Shown here piece after piece: positions 1 to 14,935 of a stretch of 64,000 nt of DNA. A program made the position numbers and the translations under genes. The stretch comes from Octopus vulgaris (taxonomy: Eukaryota), in NCBI GenBank assembly GCA_951406725.2, contig OX597827.1, positions 46,252,001 to 46,316,000 on the forward strand, written 5' to 3'. The notes under the pieces are model-generated. The model searched no databases. It saw only the letters and a list, made by a program, of their open reading frames with translations, and was not told where the DNA came from. Every line of letters starts with the position of its first letter. The stretch's first letter is position 1.

Positions 1-8
1 TGCATACA

Positions 9-108
<100 letters not shown>

Positions 109-784
109 ACAAAGTGAAATTGCAAGGTATCGCACGAGTGGAAATATATATGAAAAAAGGTTTGAAAATGCAATTTTAAAAGATGTTTATTCACTTGACC
201 GGTTTCACTTCTTTAGAAAAAGATTGTCAAAAGTAATATGTAAAAGCTTTGTTGTGTTAAATACTGGGCGTCACAAAATATTACAATACATATATACATT
301 CTTTGCTAATAATAAGAAAATATACAAGCTCCAGCATCGCCGTAGTCTAATAACTGAGAGAAGTATAACAGAAAAATATACATATATATATATATATACA
401 TATTACACACATAAGTATTATATATACATATATGTGTATACATATATATATATATATTTATATGTATATATGTGGGCGTATGTGCATGTGTATATACAGA
501 GAGAGGTGGAGATGGAGAGAGAGTAGGAGGAGGGAGGGAGAGAGAGGGATAGTTAGACAGATAGACAGACAGACAGACAGACAGAGATGATACGTATACA
601 CATTTTGATATGCATACAATTGTTTAAGTGTGGGCGTATTCAATGTTGAATTGCGTTTTCAGAGTTTCCCATTTCTCGCTTGATTCAGCCTTCCATAAAT
701 GTTAGTCGACTTTATAAAGCAAGTTTCAGAGTATTTTTCGACATTTTGCAATACGCACCAGCATGAACCCACTGTCATCTATCA

Positions 785-857
<73 letters not shown>

Positions 858-872
858 CGTATATATACATAC

Positions 873-956
<84 letters not shown>

Positions 957-1305
957 AAATGGAGGGGATCAATAGGTGGTATTCATCAACTTTTAGACAT
1001 TATATTATATCAATTTATTTATTTATTGACTAAAATGACAATTACAACAATATACATACATATATAACATATTATATATATTATATATATACAGCTACAT
1101 ATGTCTCTCTCACTCTCACTATCTCTTTCTCTGTGTGTTTGTATGTATGTATATATATATATTTTTTTTTCCCTTTGCCATATAGATGCATGTTTGTACA
1201 TATATATATATGTGTGTGTGTGTATACATATGTGTAAATATGTGTGTGTGTGTGTGTATGTATATATATTTTTATATATGCATGTATTGTGTTTGTGTGT
1301 ATATG

Positions 1306-1388
<83 letters not shown>

Positions 1389-1640
1389 ATGTGAACGAAA
1401 ATCTTTATCCTACTACACTAACGTTTCTTTGAACCGCGCATGACCAGAAACCAAACTGAGTGCATGGTAACATCGACAGAAAAACATTTCGAGCAAAACC
1501 GCGTTTTATCTCAGCGTTTTCCAAACAACTAACAGATCCACTACAGTTTTTCTCCTGAAATAATCCGCATCCAAACACTCACACACACACACACACGCAA
1601 ACAAACAAACAAACAAACAAAAGTTTTCAGAAGCTGATCT

Positions 1641-1955
1641 TCCGTCGGTTACGACGACAAGAGTTCCAGTTGATCCGATCGACGGAACAGCTTGCTCTTG
1701 AAATTAACGTGCGAGTTGGCTGAGCACTCCACAGACACGTGTACTCTTAACGTAGGGAGATTCAGCGTGACACAGAGTGTGACAAGGCCGGCTGGCCCCT
1801 TTGAATTACAGGTACAACTCATTTTTGCCAGCTGACTGGACTGGAGCAACGTGAAGTAAAGTGTCTTGCTTAAGGGCATAACGCGTTGCCAGGTAGCGAA
1901 CTCACAGCCTTACGATCGAGAGCTGAATACCCTTAATCACTTAGCCACGCACCTT
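1641..1955 (-). mobile_element. tRNA-derived SINE (CORE-like central part, tail type B)
   Basis: The reverse complement has a tRNA-like head (GTGGCTAAGTGATTAAGG...GTGAGTTCGCTACC). Its body is homologous to 38752-39130 and 44573-44895. Confidence 0.75.
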
Positions 1956-2160
1956 ACACACGCACAGATGCACAGATGCACACAGACACACACACTCACA
2001 CACATACGCACACAAACAAACACACACTCACATACACGCACACGTACACAGCTATTCGTTGACATCGACGACTGGCTCACCACATTGGTGGAAAACTGCA
2101 TCAAAAATGCAACACTACAAGAATTGTTTCTCGCAATATTGTTAGCATAACTATCCTTTA

Positions 2161-2738
2161 CATTTTATTGTGTCTAGGGAGAGCCATTCTCTTTTAGTGT
2201 CTTATTAATTTAGTGACTTGTTGATTTAAGGTGAGGCGCAATGGCCCAGAGGTTAGGGCAGCGGACTTGCGTTCGGAGGATCGCGGTTTCGATTCCCTGA
2301 CCGGGTGTTGTGTGTGTTTATTGAGTGAAAATGCCTAAAGCTCCACGAGGTGGTGTGGCGACCCCTGTTGTACTTTCTCTCACTCTTTCTTCCTGTTTCT
2401 TGAATAACGCTGCGTTGGACTGGCGTCCCGTCCAGCTGGATGGACGCCATAGAAGCCGGGAAACGCCATACGCCATAGAAGCCGGGAAACCGGGCCCATG
2501 AGCCTGGCTAGGCTTGAAAAGGGCGCATAAATGAATAAAATTAATTTGACACACTCACCGTTTTCCATTCATTTACTTATTTATTTTAGTAAAATTTTCG
2601 TTGCAACCTTGTTAATAATTGTTGCAAACCGCAACGAAAATTTTAGAAAAATAAGTAAGTATTGTAAATGAATGGAAATTAAATTAAATTAATAAGGCAC
2701 AAAAACAGACTGACTCTCCCCAGACGCAATAAAATATG
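2161..2738. repeat. Fold-back (palindromic) element interrupted by a SINE
   Basis: 2161-2215 is the reverse complement of ~2685-2738, and 2562-2605 pairs with 2630-2678. SINE 2231-2540 sits inside the left arm. Confidence 0.65.
2231..2540 (+). mobile_element. tRNA-derived SINE (tail type A)
   Basis: Has box A/B-like motifs (TGGCCCAGAGGTTAGG, GGTTTCGATTCCC). Homologous to 10769-11363. Confidence 0.75.
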
Positions 2739-3039
2739 CTTCAACACAGGAATTCACATAAAGAATCTTACAAACCAAATACAACAACGAAATATCCTTT
2801 ACACGTTTTCTAAATTTGCAAGTCTTCCAATTAACATTGTTAAATTTAGATTTTGGCACTTTAAACATAGTTTCGTGCTTTCCGTCACTCAGTTTCAGTC
2901 TTAGCAAAATTGCCCGTGCTATGTCTTTAAGATCTCTACGTTCTAGTTTCGAATCCCGCCGAGCTTGATTTGATTTTTATTCTTCCGGGAGCCATAAAAT
3001 ATTGGATGAATTGACCCCCAGTACTCAGAAATTTTTAGA

Positions 3040-3406
3040 TCTTGATACCTACTCTATCGGCCTTTTTTTTGCCGAACCGCTCAGTTACGGGGACTTAAAC
3101 ACGCCAACACTGGTTGTCAAGCGATGGTAGGGACAAACATAGACACAAAGACAAACACACACATACACACATATACACACACATATATATTCTTTTATTC
3201 TTTCATTTGTTTCAGTTATTTGACTGCGGCCATGCTGGAGCACCGCCTTTAGTCGAACAAATCGATCCCAGGACTTATTCTTTGTAAGCCTAGTACTTAT
3301 TCTATCGGTCTCTTTTGCTGAACCGCTAAGTTACGGGGACGTAGACACACCAACATCGGTTGTCAAGCGATGGTGGGGGAAAAAAAACAGACACACAAAC
3401 ATACAA

Positions 3407-3471
<65 letters not shown>

Positions 3472-3840
3472 ACAGGCTTCTTTCAGTTTCCGTCTACCAT
3501 CTCCTGGTTATAGGATGGGCTTCATTCAGTTTTCATCTACTAAATCTACTCACAAGGCTTTGGTCGGCCCGAGGCTATAGCAGAAGACACTTGCCCAAGG
3601 TGCCACGCAGTGGGACTGAACCCGGGACCATGTGGTTGGTAAGCAAGCTACTTACCACACAGCCACTCCTGCAGGCTTCTTTCAGTTTCCGTCTACCAAA
3701 TCCACTCACGAGACTTTGATCGGACCGAAGTTATAATAGAAGATTCTTACTCCAGGTGCTACGCAATGGGATTGAACCCTGTGTTCAGTCCCACTGTGTG
3801 GAAAGCAACCCTCTTATTACACAGTCACCCTTGCGCCTAA
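3040..3840 (-). mobile_element. Cluster of tRNA-derived SINE copies (GTGGATTTGGTAGACGGAAACTG family) with internal microsatellites
   Basis: Repeated matches to the family seen at 31470-31930 and 60515-60950, in reverse orientation. Confidence 0.8.
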
Positions 3841-4297
3841 TTTAAATATATTTTTTAATACGATGCCTAATATTTATTAATAGCTTTGAGACATTGAATG
3901 ACAATGAGAGTCCATCACCCGTCCCTCAGTAAAATAGAAATCAAAGGGATCAATAGGAAATTTTTAAAAAACGTTGGGGACATCTGGTTTAGAATATTTT
4001 CTACAAGGCGTTGAGAGTGAACGAGTTTGAAAGAACGAGTTCAGATGCTTTCCTCTTCAGGCCTCCATCAGCAACAACATTAAGTTCTTCTTAGAGAATA
4101 AACTCAGAATGAAGAATAGAGAACTGCTCACCAGTAAATTTGCCCAATGGAGAATAAGATTAGCGAGTATGACTTACATTCAACATGAGCTACATTCAAC
4201 ATGAAACGAGGAAGGTCATTTGTCCTTAACTGTAATGATAACCTGAGATCTGTGAGAGTGACCTCAAAAAGCCGGATTGGCCTCAAATAGCCGGATA

Positions 4298-4815
4298 CCG
4301 TAAATTCTCGAGTATAGCCCGCCCTTGAGTATAATACGCAGGGGATTTTTAGGGGGCTGTACCTCTGAAAAACCTAAACCTTGTGTATAATACACACCCC
4401 TTCTCTAACTTGAGTCAAGGAGGTCTATATAACGTCCTTGGTTTGTAAAACTGTATACGGTAACGTTCTTTATTATTATTGTACATATAACATAATGCAA
4501 ACGTAGCTTTTTTGTGCATTTTGTTTGCAGAAAATAAAGAAATAACAGTAATAACAGTAATAACATTTAATAAATGTTGCTTACTGCAGGTTATGAATGA
4601 TTCTTTTATGACTTCATTGCTTTCAGGCTTAGCTTAAGGTATTTCCATGCCCGACATCACAAAATGCATCTGAATAAACATTGTCGAACAGCAAATAGGG
4701 ACTCGGACATTGCTTAGAAATACTTTTCATTTTTAACCTTGTATATAGTACGCACAAGGGATTTTGACCTTTAAATTTTGGGAAAAAAATGCGGATTATA
4801 CTCGAGGATTTACGA
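4298..4815. mobile_element. Tc1/mariner-superfamily (pogo/Tc2-like) MITE
   Basis: TIRs CCGTAAATTCTCGAGTATA / TATACTCGAGGATTTACGA, flanked by TA at 4296-97 and 4816-17. It splits a 19-bp tandem repeat. Confidence 0.75.
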
Positions 4816-5197
4816 TAGGCCTCAAATAGCCGGACTGGCCTCAAATAGCCGTTCTCCTATTGAATGGCTCATATCAATACCATTTATGCGGTTACTCAGC
4901 GTGCAGATTTTTCCTCATACTCCTCGATTTTATGTAAACCTCCATTGTTTTTGTAATGTGTCCTTGGATTGTCGTCTCATGGTTGCCCTTGGAGAAAATA
5001 ACATAATTTAAAGTGGTATTAGTAGAAGTATTGGAGCGTTGAATAAAATGCCTGGCGGTATTACTTCTGCTCCTCTACGTTCTTGTTTCAAATCCCACCG
5101 AAGTCAATTTTGTCTTTGATCCTTCAGGGTTCGTGTAGTGCGTATAGAACTAGTCAAACGGTCAAATATTGGAGCCGATTTGTAGTCTTACGCCAAC

Positions 5198-5263
<66 letters not shown>

Positions 5264-5448
5264 CTGGTTGTAGTAGTAGTCTATAATTTATAAACACATT
5301 TATGGAGTCGATTTCATTCAACCTGTCATACATACTTACATGGAAGGCAAGTGCGCGCGTATTCATACAGACACATGTATACACATATTCATGAATGTAT
5401 GTATGTTTCTACATATATATATATCCATATATATATGTACACATATAC

Positions 5449-5501
<53 letters not shown>

Positions 5502-5865
5502 TACATATGTGCGTGTATATATGTAGGTATATATGTATATATGTGTACTTTTATACGTGTTTGAATATGTTTGTCTTTCTTCCACCCACCTACCTCTACC
5601 ATCATTACCACTTCCACCACTACCTCCATCACCACCACCATCACCACCTCCTCCATCATCATCACCGCCACCCGTAACTTCATTTGATGTCTCCAATGAC
5701 CTCTCCAGATCTAGTCACTGATTAAGTGGTTCCGTTACGAGTCCATAAAACTGATATTTGTAGAGTGTTTAATTGTTAATTAGTTATCGATTTGTTACAT
5801 ACATACATCCATCCATACATACATACATACATATAAATATATATATGTATATATATATATGTATA

Positions 5866-5896
<31 letters not shown>

Positions 5897-6783
5897 TCCA
5901 AGTTGATTGTAAAGAGAATTATTTTCGGCAAGAGGTAGGCGGTTTAAGTGTATATGCTCTTGCGTGTAGGTGCATGTACATATATATATACATATGTATG
6001 TATATGCATACCTGTGTGTGTCTGCGAGCGCGTGTGTGTGTAGTTAGGTATATACGCATTTGTATATATGTGTCTGCGTATATATATATATGTATACATT
6101 TATGTATATGTGTGTGTATGTATGTATGTGTGTGCATATATATGTATTATGCGAACATATGTACATGAATGCGTATACACTCGCACACATATGATTCCAT
6201 GAACACCTGAATATATGAGTATGTATTTGTGTGCAGGTAGTCATACACGCATGCTTACATAAGATGCACATAGAAAATGGCCCTCCGTAATATATATCAT
6301 GCACATATAAATACATACATATATGCACGTATAGACAGTGACACTCCAGTACAAGCTAGAACTCGCAAACAATGCCATTACAAAGAAATTACCAAGCACT
6401 GTCTGCAGAGTAATGTACATCGATTCCAAAGGCAGCCTTACGTAGAACGAGCTTAACCGTAAGCAAAGACGAACAGTCCTTCTCTTTACAAGGTACCGTT
6501 TCCCTATTGCCGAAACATATTGACGGGTATGAAACCAAAATGACTAAGGTTTACTGCTTCCGTTCTAAAATTCACCACAGGTCAGCCTTGATTAAGTAGA
6601 TTTATGATCAAAGACTTTTCAGCCGTAATCAACCCGACGTTTTTGGCGGGGTTGTGTCTAAAGTGACTTTCTGCAATGTGTCGTTCTCTTATTTAAAATG
6701 GTTGGGCGTACTTCGTGGAAGATTTGATTGCTATTTCGGTCACCGACTGCAAGTACTAGTTTGGCAATATTTTTTCAGTTTGA

Positions 6784-7700
6784 AAGGCAGCGCGCTGACA
6801 GAGTCGTTAGCACGCCGGGCAAAATGCTTAGCGGCATTTCGTCTGTCTTTACGTTCTGAGTTCAAATTCCACTGAGGCCGACTTCGCTTTTCATCTTTTC
6901 GAGGTCGATAAATTAAGTACAAGTTGCATAATGGGGTCGATCTAATCGACTGACCCCCTCCCCAAAAATTTCGGACCTTGTGCCTAGAGTAGATAAGAAT
7001 ATTTTTTAGTGTGAAAGGCGGCGAGCTGGCAGAAACGTTAGCACGCCGGGCGCAATGCGTAGCCGTATTTCGTCTGCCATTATGTTCTGAATTCAAATTC
7101 CGCCGAGGTCGACTTTGCCTTTCATCCTTTCGGGGTCGATTAAATAAGTACCAGTTACGCACTGTGGTCGATATAATCGACTTAATCCGTTTGTCTGTCC
7201 TTGTTTGTCCTCTCTGTGTTTAGCCCCTTGTGGGTAGTAAAGAAATAGGTATTTCGCCCGTCGCTACGTTCTAAGTTCAAATTCCGCTGAGGTCGACTTT
7301 GCCTTTCATCCTTTCAGGAAAGATAAATTAAGTACCAATGATACACTGGGGTCAATGTAATTGACTTGCTCCCTCTCCCTAATTTCAGGCCTTGTGCCTA
7401 TAGTAGAAAGGTTTATTTTTTAGCACACTGGGCAAAATGTTTCATGGCATTTTGTCCATCTTTGTTTTTAGTTGTGATTCCGTTGAATTAGTGTGAGAAA
7501 GGCAGACGAAATGCACGCTGGACGAAATGCTTGGCGGTATTTCATCCGTCGCTCCGTTCTGAGTTCAAATCCCGCCGAGGTCGACTTTGTTTTCCTCCTT
7601 TCGAAGTGGATAAAAGTACCAGCTGCGTACTGGGATTGATCTAATTGACTGGCCCCCTCACCCCAAATTTCAGGTCTTGTCCCTATAGTGAAAGGGCCTA
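6784..7700 (+). mobile_element. Head-to-tail array of Nin/Deu-domain-like tRNA SINEs
   Basis: About 4-5 copies of GTTCAAATTCCGCCGAGGTCGACTTTGCCTTTCATCCTTTCGGGGTCGATAAATTAAGTACCAG, which resembles the Deu/Nin domain of DeuSINEs. Confidence 0.8.
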
Positions 7701-7864
7701 TTTTTTAGTGTGAGTATATATACGTATGTTTGTATCTACGTATGTATGTATGTATCTTATTTAAGAATGATAAATCTGTACTCAACAAAAATATTGAGTA
7801 ACCCATCAGATTAATGTAAAATTATTTTTATTATAACTGAACATTAAAAGGTAATACATATTAT

Positions 7865-8025
7865 GCAGGCGTGGCCGTGTGATAAGAAGCTTGCTTCCCA
7901 ACCACATGGTTTCGGGTTCAGTCCCTCTGCGTGGAACTTTGGGCAAATGTCTTCTACTATAGCCTCGGGTCGACCAAAGCCTTGTGAGTGAATTTGGTAG
8001 ACGGAAATTGAAAGATACCCGTCGT
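7865..8025 (+). mobile_element. SINE 5' half (GTGGATTTGGTAGACGGAAACTG family)
   Basis: Matches 31470-31635 and ends in a TA microsatellite. Confidence 0.8.
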
Positions 8026-8268
8026 GTGTATATATATATATATATAACTTCTATGCTGAAGTAGAGACAACATGTTCTTTATCTATCTCCTTAACTTCTT
8101 GGAGATTTGTTCTAATTTAATTCAATTTTATGTCTTTGTGCATTTGTGCAACTGAAGATTGGTCTACATTTTAAATTGATAGTGATTGCATTGTTCAATT
8201 AAATGGAGTTGCATGAAACGATCGTACTACAGTACCTCTGGATATCCTTGTTGCTTATTTTGATTATA

Positions 8269-8314
<46 letters not shown>

Positions 8315-8428
8315 AAAAATGGTAAATAATTTTTCAGTGGTTTTTCATATAACCAACAATTATTTACCGGTAAAATTCCGGTATGTAAATATGACAAATT
8401 CATCGTCAGGAACTTCTGGAAAGTTCAG

Positions 8429-8970
8429 TATATAGTGAAAATAATTAAAGGGCGGGCAGCAGGCTGCCTCACCGCATACCGGAGGAATTAGAAATGGCAG
8501 TCAAAGACTGTTTTTTCCATTTTCTATAAGTGGATTTTCCAAATACGACGAACCCTGCGATTCACATACGCAAAAAACGGAGTAGCAAATAAACGAAACC
8601 AATCTCTTACCGTTAATGATGAACATGTTTCTAGATCACAAGCACGAAAATAGCTTGATTTCCTTTATCAACACCATATTCGATAGATTTAGCAAATGCC
8701 ACAAGCCCTCACTTCTGACCAAGCGACATCAGATAGTGGGGGGAGGTGTGCATATGCTAAAACTAAGTAATGACTATTTTCGTGCTTGTGATCTAGAAAC
8801 ATGTTCATCATTTCGTTTATTTGCTACTCCGTTTTTTGCGTATGTGAATCGCAGGGTTCGTCGTATTTGGAAAATCCACTTATAGAAAATGGAAAAAACA
8901 GTCTTTGACTGCCATTTCTAATTCCTCCGGTATGCGGCGAGGCAGCCTGCTGCCCGCCCTTTAATTATTT

Positions 8971-8980
<10 letters not shown>
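8429..8980. repeat. Long near-perfect inverted repeat in a TA microsatellite (probably Penelope-like)
   Basis: 8429-8598 pairs with 8811-8980 (one mismatch seen). Inner arms 8615-8653 pair with 8774-8812. Confidence 0.85.
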
Positions 8981-9009
<29 letters not shown>

Positions 9010-9156
9010 CAATTAAGGACAACTTCTTAATAAGGAATCTTAATAAGAAATTATCAGGTAGATAGCGTGAAAAACCTCATAAGAGAAAAATTTCGAAAAT
9101 AATTCTTTCTTATTGAACATATTAATTTATAGTGTCCTCTATATATAAATTAATAT

Positions 9157-9216
<60 letters not shown>

Positions 9217-9221
<5 letters not shown>

Positions 9222-9610
9222 GAATAGAAAATTGAGATATACAATTGTCAATTCAGAAATTTAAAATTTATTAACATAATATTATATCGAATAATATTCT
9301 TATAAAAATATAATATAACAAATAACAAATATTAAATACAAATTAGATAAAATTGTTTCGATTCTTACCCATTATAAAATTATAAAAATCCATTGTTTGT
9401 GGGTAAGAATCTCTTCAGTGTAATTTTTGATACATGGGGATTTACAGATCCAAGAAAAGATTCTTTTCTTGAATTGACAATTGTATATCTCCGTTTTCTA
9501 TTCATTTTTATAAATTCAATATACACCCACGTGATTTATAAGGCTTTCTCTACAAAGCTGAGTATTTAACTACGGAGCCCGTGAATGATTGGATGTTTTC
9601 ATCCCTAGTT
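9217..9610 (-). mobile_element. Penelope-like element end with inverted pLTR and hammerhead motif
   Basis: Inverted repeat 9217-9260 / 9466-9507, TA-repeat flanks and an internal hammerhead motif. Confidence 0.6.
9330..9428 (-). ncRNA. Type I hammerhead ribozyme candidate
   Basis: Minus strand reads CTGAAGA-GATTCTTACCCA...TGGGTAAGAATC-GAAA-CAA...TTG-TA. It has an intact core, a perfect 12-bp stem II and a GUA triplet. Confidence 0.65.
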
Positions 9611-9611
9611 T

Positions 9612-9661
<50 letters not shown>

Positions 9662-10591
9662 ATACACATGTATATATGCATATATATATGTGTGTGTGTA
9701 TAATTTTTCATTACATATATGAGTGTGTGTGTGTGTGTGTGTGTGTCTGTCTCTATGTGTGTTTTCCCCCACCATCACTTGACAGTTTAGAAACGGCGTA
9801 TTTACGTCCCCGTAACAAATTATTTTTATTGATTTCAAATTTTGGCGCAAGGTCAACATTTCTGGCGGGGTGGGGTGGAGGGTAAGTCGATTACAGCAAC
9901 CCCAGTGTTCATCTGGTCCTTATTTTATCGACCCAAAAAGGATGAAAGGAAAAGTCGACCTCGGCGGAATTTGAACTCAGATCGTAAAAACGGACGTAGG
10001 CCCGCTAAGAATTTTGTTCGGAGTGTTAAACGTTTCAGCCAGTTCGCTGCCTTACGAATTATTAGTTATATTAAATAGGGAATAAAAGCCACTGCAAGGT
10101 AGACGATAGTTAAAAAAGTAAATAAACCTAATCAATATCTCCACTAATTAGGAAATGAAAATATTAATATTTCAACGTTAATAATCCTTAATTTTAAAAT
10201 TGGCTAATTAAAAAATAAAGCATTTTTCCATTTCATAATTAGAACTTATTAAAACCGAGACAGTGAACAAATTAAGCTGTTGTTGTTGTTAGTGGTGGTC
10301 GTGGTAGTGTTCAGCTCTAGGTCAAGCCCTGATCAAACAGACATACTATTCAAGGCGTTCCAGTCATGACAAGCCATAAACTTTTGTCAGACACGATGCA
10401 TCAATGTCTGCATTATCGAATACACCCATCCTAGAATTTTATTCTAGCTCTTTTGATTTGATGTTTTATGTCCTACTGGCGCGTTGATTGTGCTTCGTTT
10501 CAATATTACAGAATAAATCTATAGATTTATAACCAACACTATTTGTATAAACAGACGTGAACTTAAACACATTTACACACGCAAACACACA

Positions 10592-10667
<76 letters not shown>

Positions 10668-10768
10668 CTGGAGTATATATTAGCAATAATTATAACGATA
10701 TAGAACATGGAGACTTGATCATCCTCAGAATTTATTTCCTCTTATTTTACAATTGTATAAGCATATTA

Positions 10769-11074
10769 GTGCGGATGTACATGGTCTAGTGGTTAGAGCA
10801 GCGGACTCGCGGTCGAGGGATCGCGGGTTCGAATCTCAGACGGGGTGACGGGTGTGTTTATGAGCGAAACACCTAATCTCCGCGCGCGGCTCCGGTAGAA
10901 GGTAATGGCGAACTTCTGCTGACTCTTTCGCCACAACTTTCTCTCACTCTTTCCTCCTGCATCTTGCAGCTCACCTGCGACGGATCGGCGTCCCGTCCAG
11001 GTGGGGATCCTATATGCCAAGGAAACCGGGAAACCGGCCCTTATGAGCCAGGCATGGCTCGAGAAGGAACAAAA

Positions 11075-11107
<33 letters not shown>

Positions 11108-11363
11108 ATCGCGGGTTCGAATCTCAGACGGGGTGACGGGTGTGTTTATGAGCGAAACACCTAAGCTCCGCGCGGCTCCGGCAGAAGGTAATGGCGAACT
11201 TCTGCTGACTCTTTCGCCACAACTTTCTCTCACTCTTTCCTCCTGCATCTTGCAGCTCACCTGCGACGGATCGGCGTCCCGTCCAGGTGGGGATCCTATA
11301 TGCCAAGGAAACCGGGAAACCGGCCCTTATGAGCCAGGCGTGGCTCGAGAAGGAACAAACAAC
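10769..11363 (+). mobile_element. Tandem pair of tRNA-derived SINEs (tail type A)
   Basis: Copy 1 spans 10769-11072, followed by a (TTA)n spacer and a near-identical 5'-truncated copy 2 at 11108-11363. Confidence 0.85.
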
Positions 11364-11379
11364 ATAAGTATATTATCAT

Positions 11380-12400
11380 GGTCCTCGTGACCTATACGTG
11401 TTTCCACTGCATAGATTACAGGCAGCTTCGTCAGGGTCACTCCATTTTGGCTAGTTTCGAAGTGAACTGAGTGGCGTTAGCTTTGTGTTAGTTAGTGTTC
11501 GGAGAAAGGTGGAGGTGAGATTATTTTGAAACTGAAATCTGATCCGTTTGTAGGGCTGTGCGGTTAACCTCAAATTTACACTAATTGCAATCGGAAGTCA
11601 GGATTCTGTCTAATTAGGTCAAGGTCGATGTTAGTGTTTTCGCAAGGATCCTTGTTTATTGTGGTGGTTGGGTACGCTGTAGCTTTGATTTCAAGTGTAA
11701 TGCTTGTTGTGTAAAGTCTTTACTTGTTCATAATATTTGTTTTCTAGGCCGTATTGTTTATGTAATGCGGTATGTTTGTTAAGGAGGTTATGAATATTAG
11801 GGGTTAGGATATGTTCTTCTGTCCGTCCTTTCACACTCAACTGTGGGTGAGGTATTGATTATCTAGAACCTTCTTTAATTTTTAAAAAAGTCTTGCTGTG
11901 TTTGTGTAAGCACCTTGAGGCCTGTTCAAGTCTTATATTAAGTAATGTGTTTCTTGAGGTAAATATTTGGTATAATTCTTCTATACAAGGTCACATCTAC
12001 TTGCCCCTGCCCGATTATTTCCTTTTCTGTAGAACAGCTATGGTTCCTGTCTATAAATGACCTGATTACTTTGCTTAAGCTAGTATTATTCATCTTTTTT
12101 TCCTATCTTTAAAAGAATTTAAGTGATTACCCAGCCTTCCCTTGAAAGCTTGCCTCTATATACAAGTATGTCCATCCCTCAGGAGTGATTTAGCATCTAC
12201 AAACAAGGTTTTTTGTCAAACAACTTGGGGCTAGCGGGCGTACTGCATCCTGACACAGTTGCAGAGATCTAATTACTTGTTTCCACTATTTATTATGTTA
12301 TGGCCTCCACTGGAAGTTTCTGTTGTCCTCGTTCCTATCGGTCTTGTAATATTTCTATGCATAGGCGTTTGTGTGCTGGTTTTTCTAGTGGTTTGTGTTC
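11380..12400 (-). pseudogene. Decayed Penelope-like element: GIY-YIG endonuclease remnant plus 3' UTR
   Basis: Frameshifted minus-strand translation (~12270-11890) gives CNC, PLAPSCLTKNLVCRC*ITPEGWTYLYI, FKGRLGNHLNSFKD, NTSLSKVI and SRCLHK. This is the Cys/GIY-YIG layout of PLE endonucleases. Confidence 0.7.
11387..11440 (-). ncRNA. Type I hammerhead ribozyme candidate at the 3' end of a Penelope-like element
   Basis: Minus strand reads GTGACC-CTGACGA-AGCTGC...GCAGTG-GAAA-CACGTATA-GGTCAC, with a perfect 6-bp stem I. Confidence 0.65.
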
Positions 12401-13059
12401 CCTGTCCTATGGAGGTTTTGGTATATGTTTGAGTCGAAGGGAAATAACCCTAATATACCAAATACTTTCATAGGACAGGGAGCGCGAACCGCTAGAAATA
12501 CCAGCACACAAACACCTATGCATTGGAAGTTTAGAAATAAAACCAAATCGACAGAAACAAGGATAACAGATACAGGGAGAAATCACGTGAACTGGCCCGT
12601 CAGCGATATAAATACGAGTGCCTTTATGCACTAGGAATCCACATGAGAAGTCCTCTCAAAGCAAATAACACAGTATTTTGTGTTCTAACACAACATACAC
12701 GTTATGTCGGATATAAAAATTTAATATAATTTAACTTAGAGCTCGTAAAATAAACTAAAAGTAGAAATATTTTAGATTGATTTGAGGGAATCTGATAAAC
12801 GTCACCATATTTAGATTATATTTTCAGAGAGATCTATATTTTAATCTTTTCATGTTAAAATCAAATCTAAACATACAAGCAATACTCAAAGGTAAACAAA
12901 AAAGACAAAACAAAACAAAACAAAAAAAAAACAAACCCGGATCAACCTGTTTGGATTAAAGCAATCTCAACAACGACATAAAAAGCCACACGTACCGATA
13001 TAAAGACATTTTACTATAAGCAAGAACACGTTATGCTATTTCGGTGTACGTGACTGCGT

Positions 13060-14635
<1,576 letters not shown>

Positions 14636-14761
14636 AGGCATACACACATTTGTGTCTTACGAGAATAGCTTTTTATATCATCCGTTGATTATTTGGATAT
14701 ATGCGTGTATGAAATTTTTAGTAATGATATTTTAGACTATATGATAACTGCATGAATATAT

Positions 14762-14935
14762 GAGCGCAGGCGTGGCTGTGTGGTAAGAAGCTTGCTTTCC
14801 AATTACATGGTTCTGGATTCAGTCCCACTGCGTGCCACCTTGGACACTTGGACAAGTGTCTTCTGCTATAGCCTCGAGTTGACCAAATCCTTGTGAGTGG
14901 ATTTGGTAGACGGAAATTGAAAGAAACCCGTCGTA
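14762..14935 (+). mobile_element. SINE 5' half (GTGGATTTGGTAGACGGAAACTG family)
   Basis: Matches 31470-31635. Confidence 0.8.

Noticed and set aside
6330-6500. Possible exon in a unique island
   Set aside because: No recognisable peptide or convincing splice-site pair in any frame.
6784-7700. Repeated units resembling a CRISPR or tRNA array
   Set aside because: The units are 170-230-bp dispersed SINE copies with no unique spacers, no cas genes and no full cloverleaf.
10769-10850. tRNA gene
   Set aside because: The tRNA-like head continues into a SINE body found in many copies.
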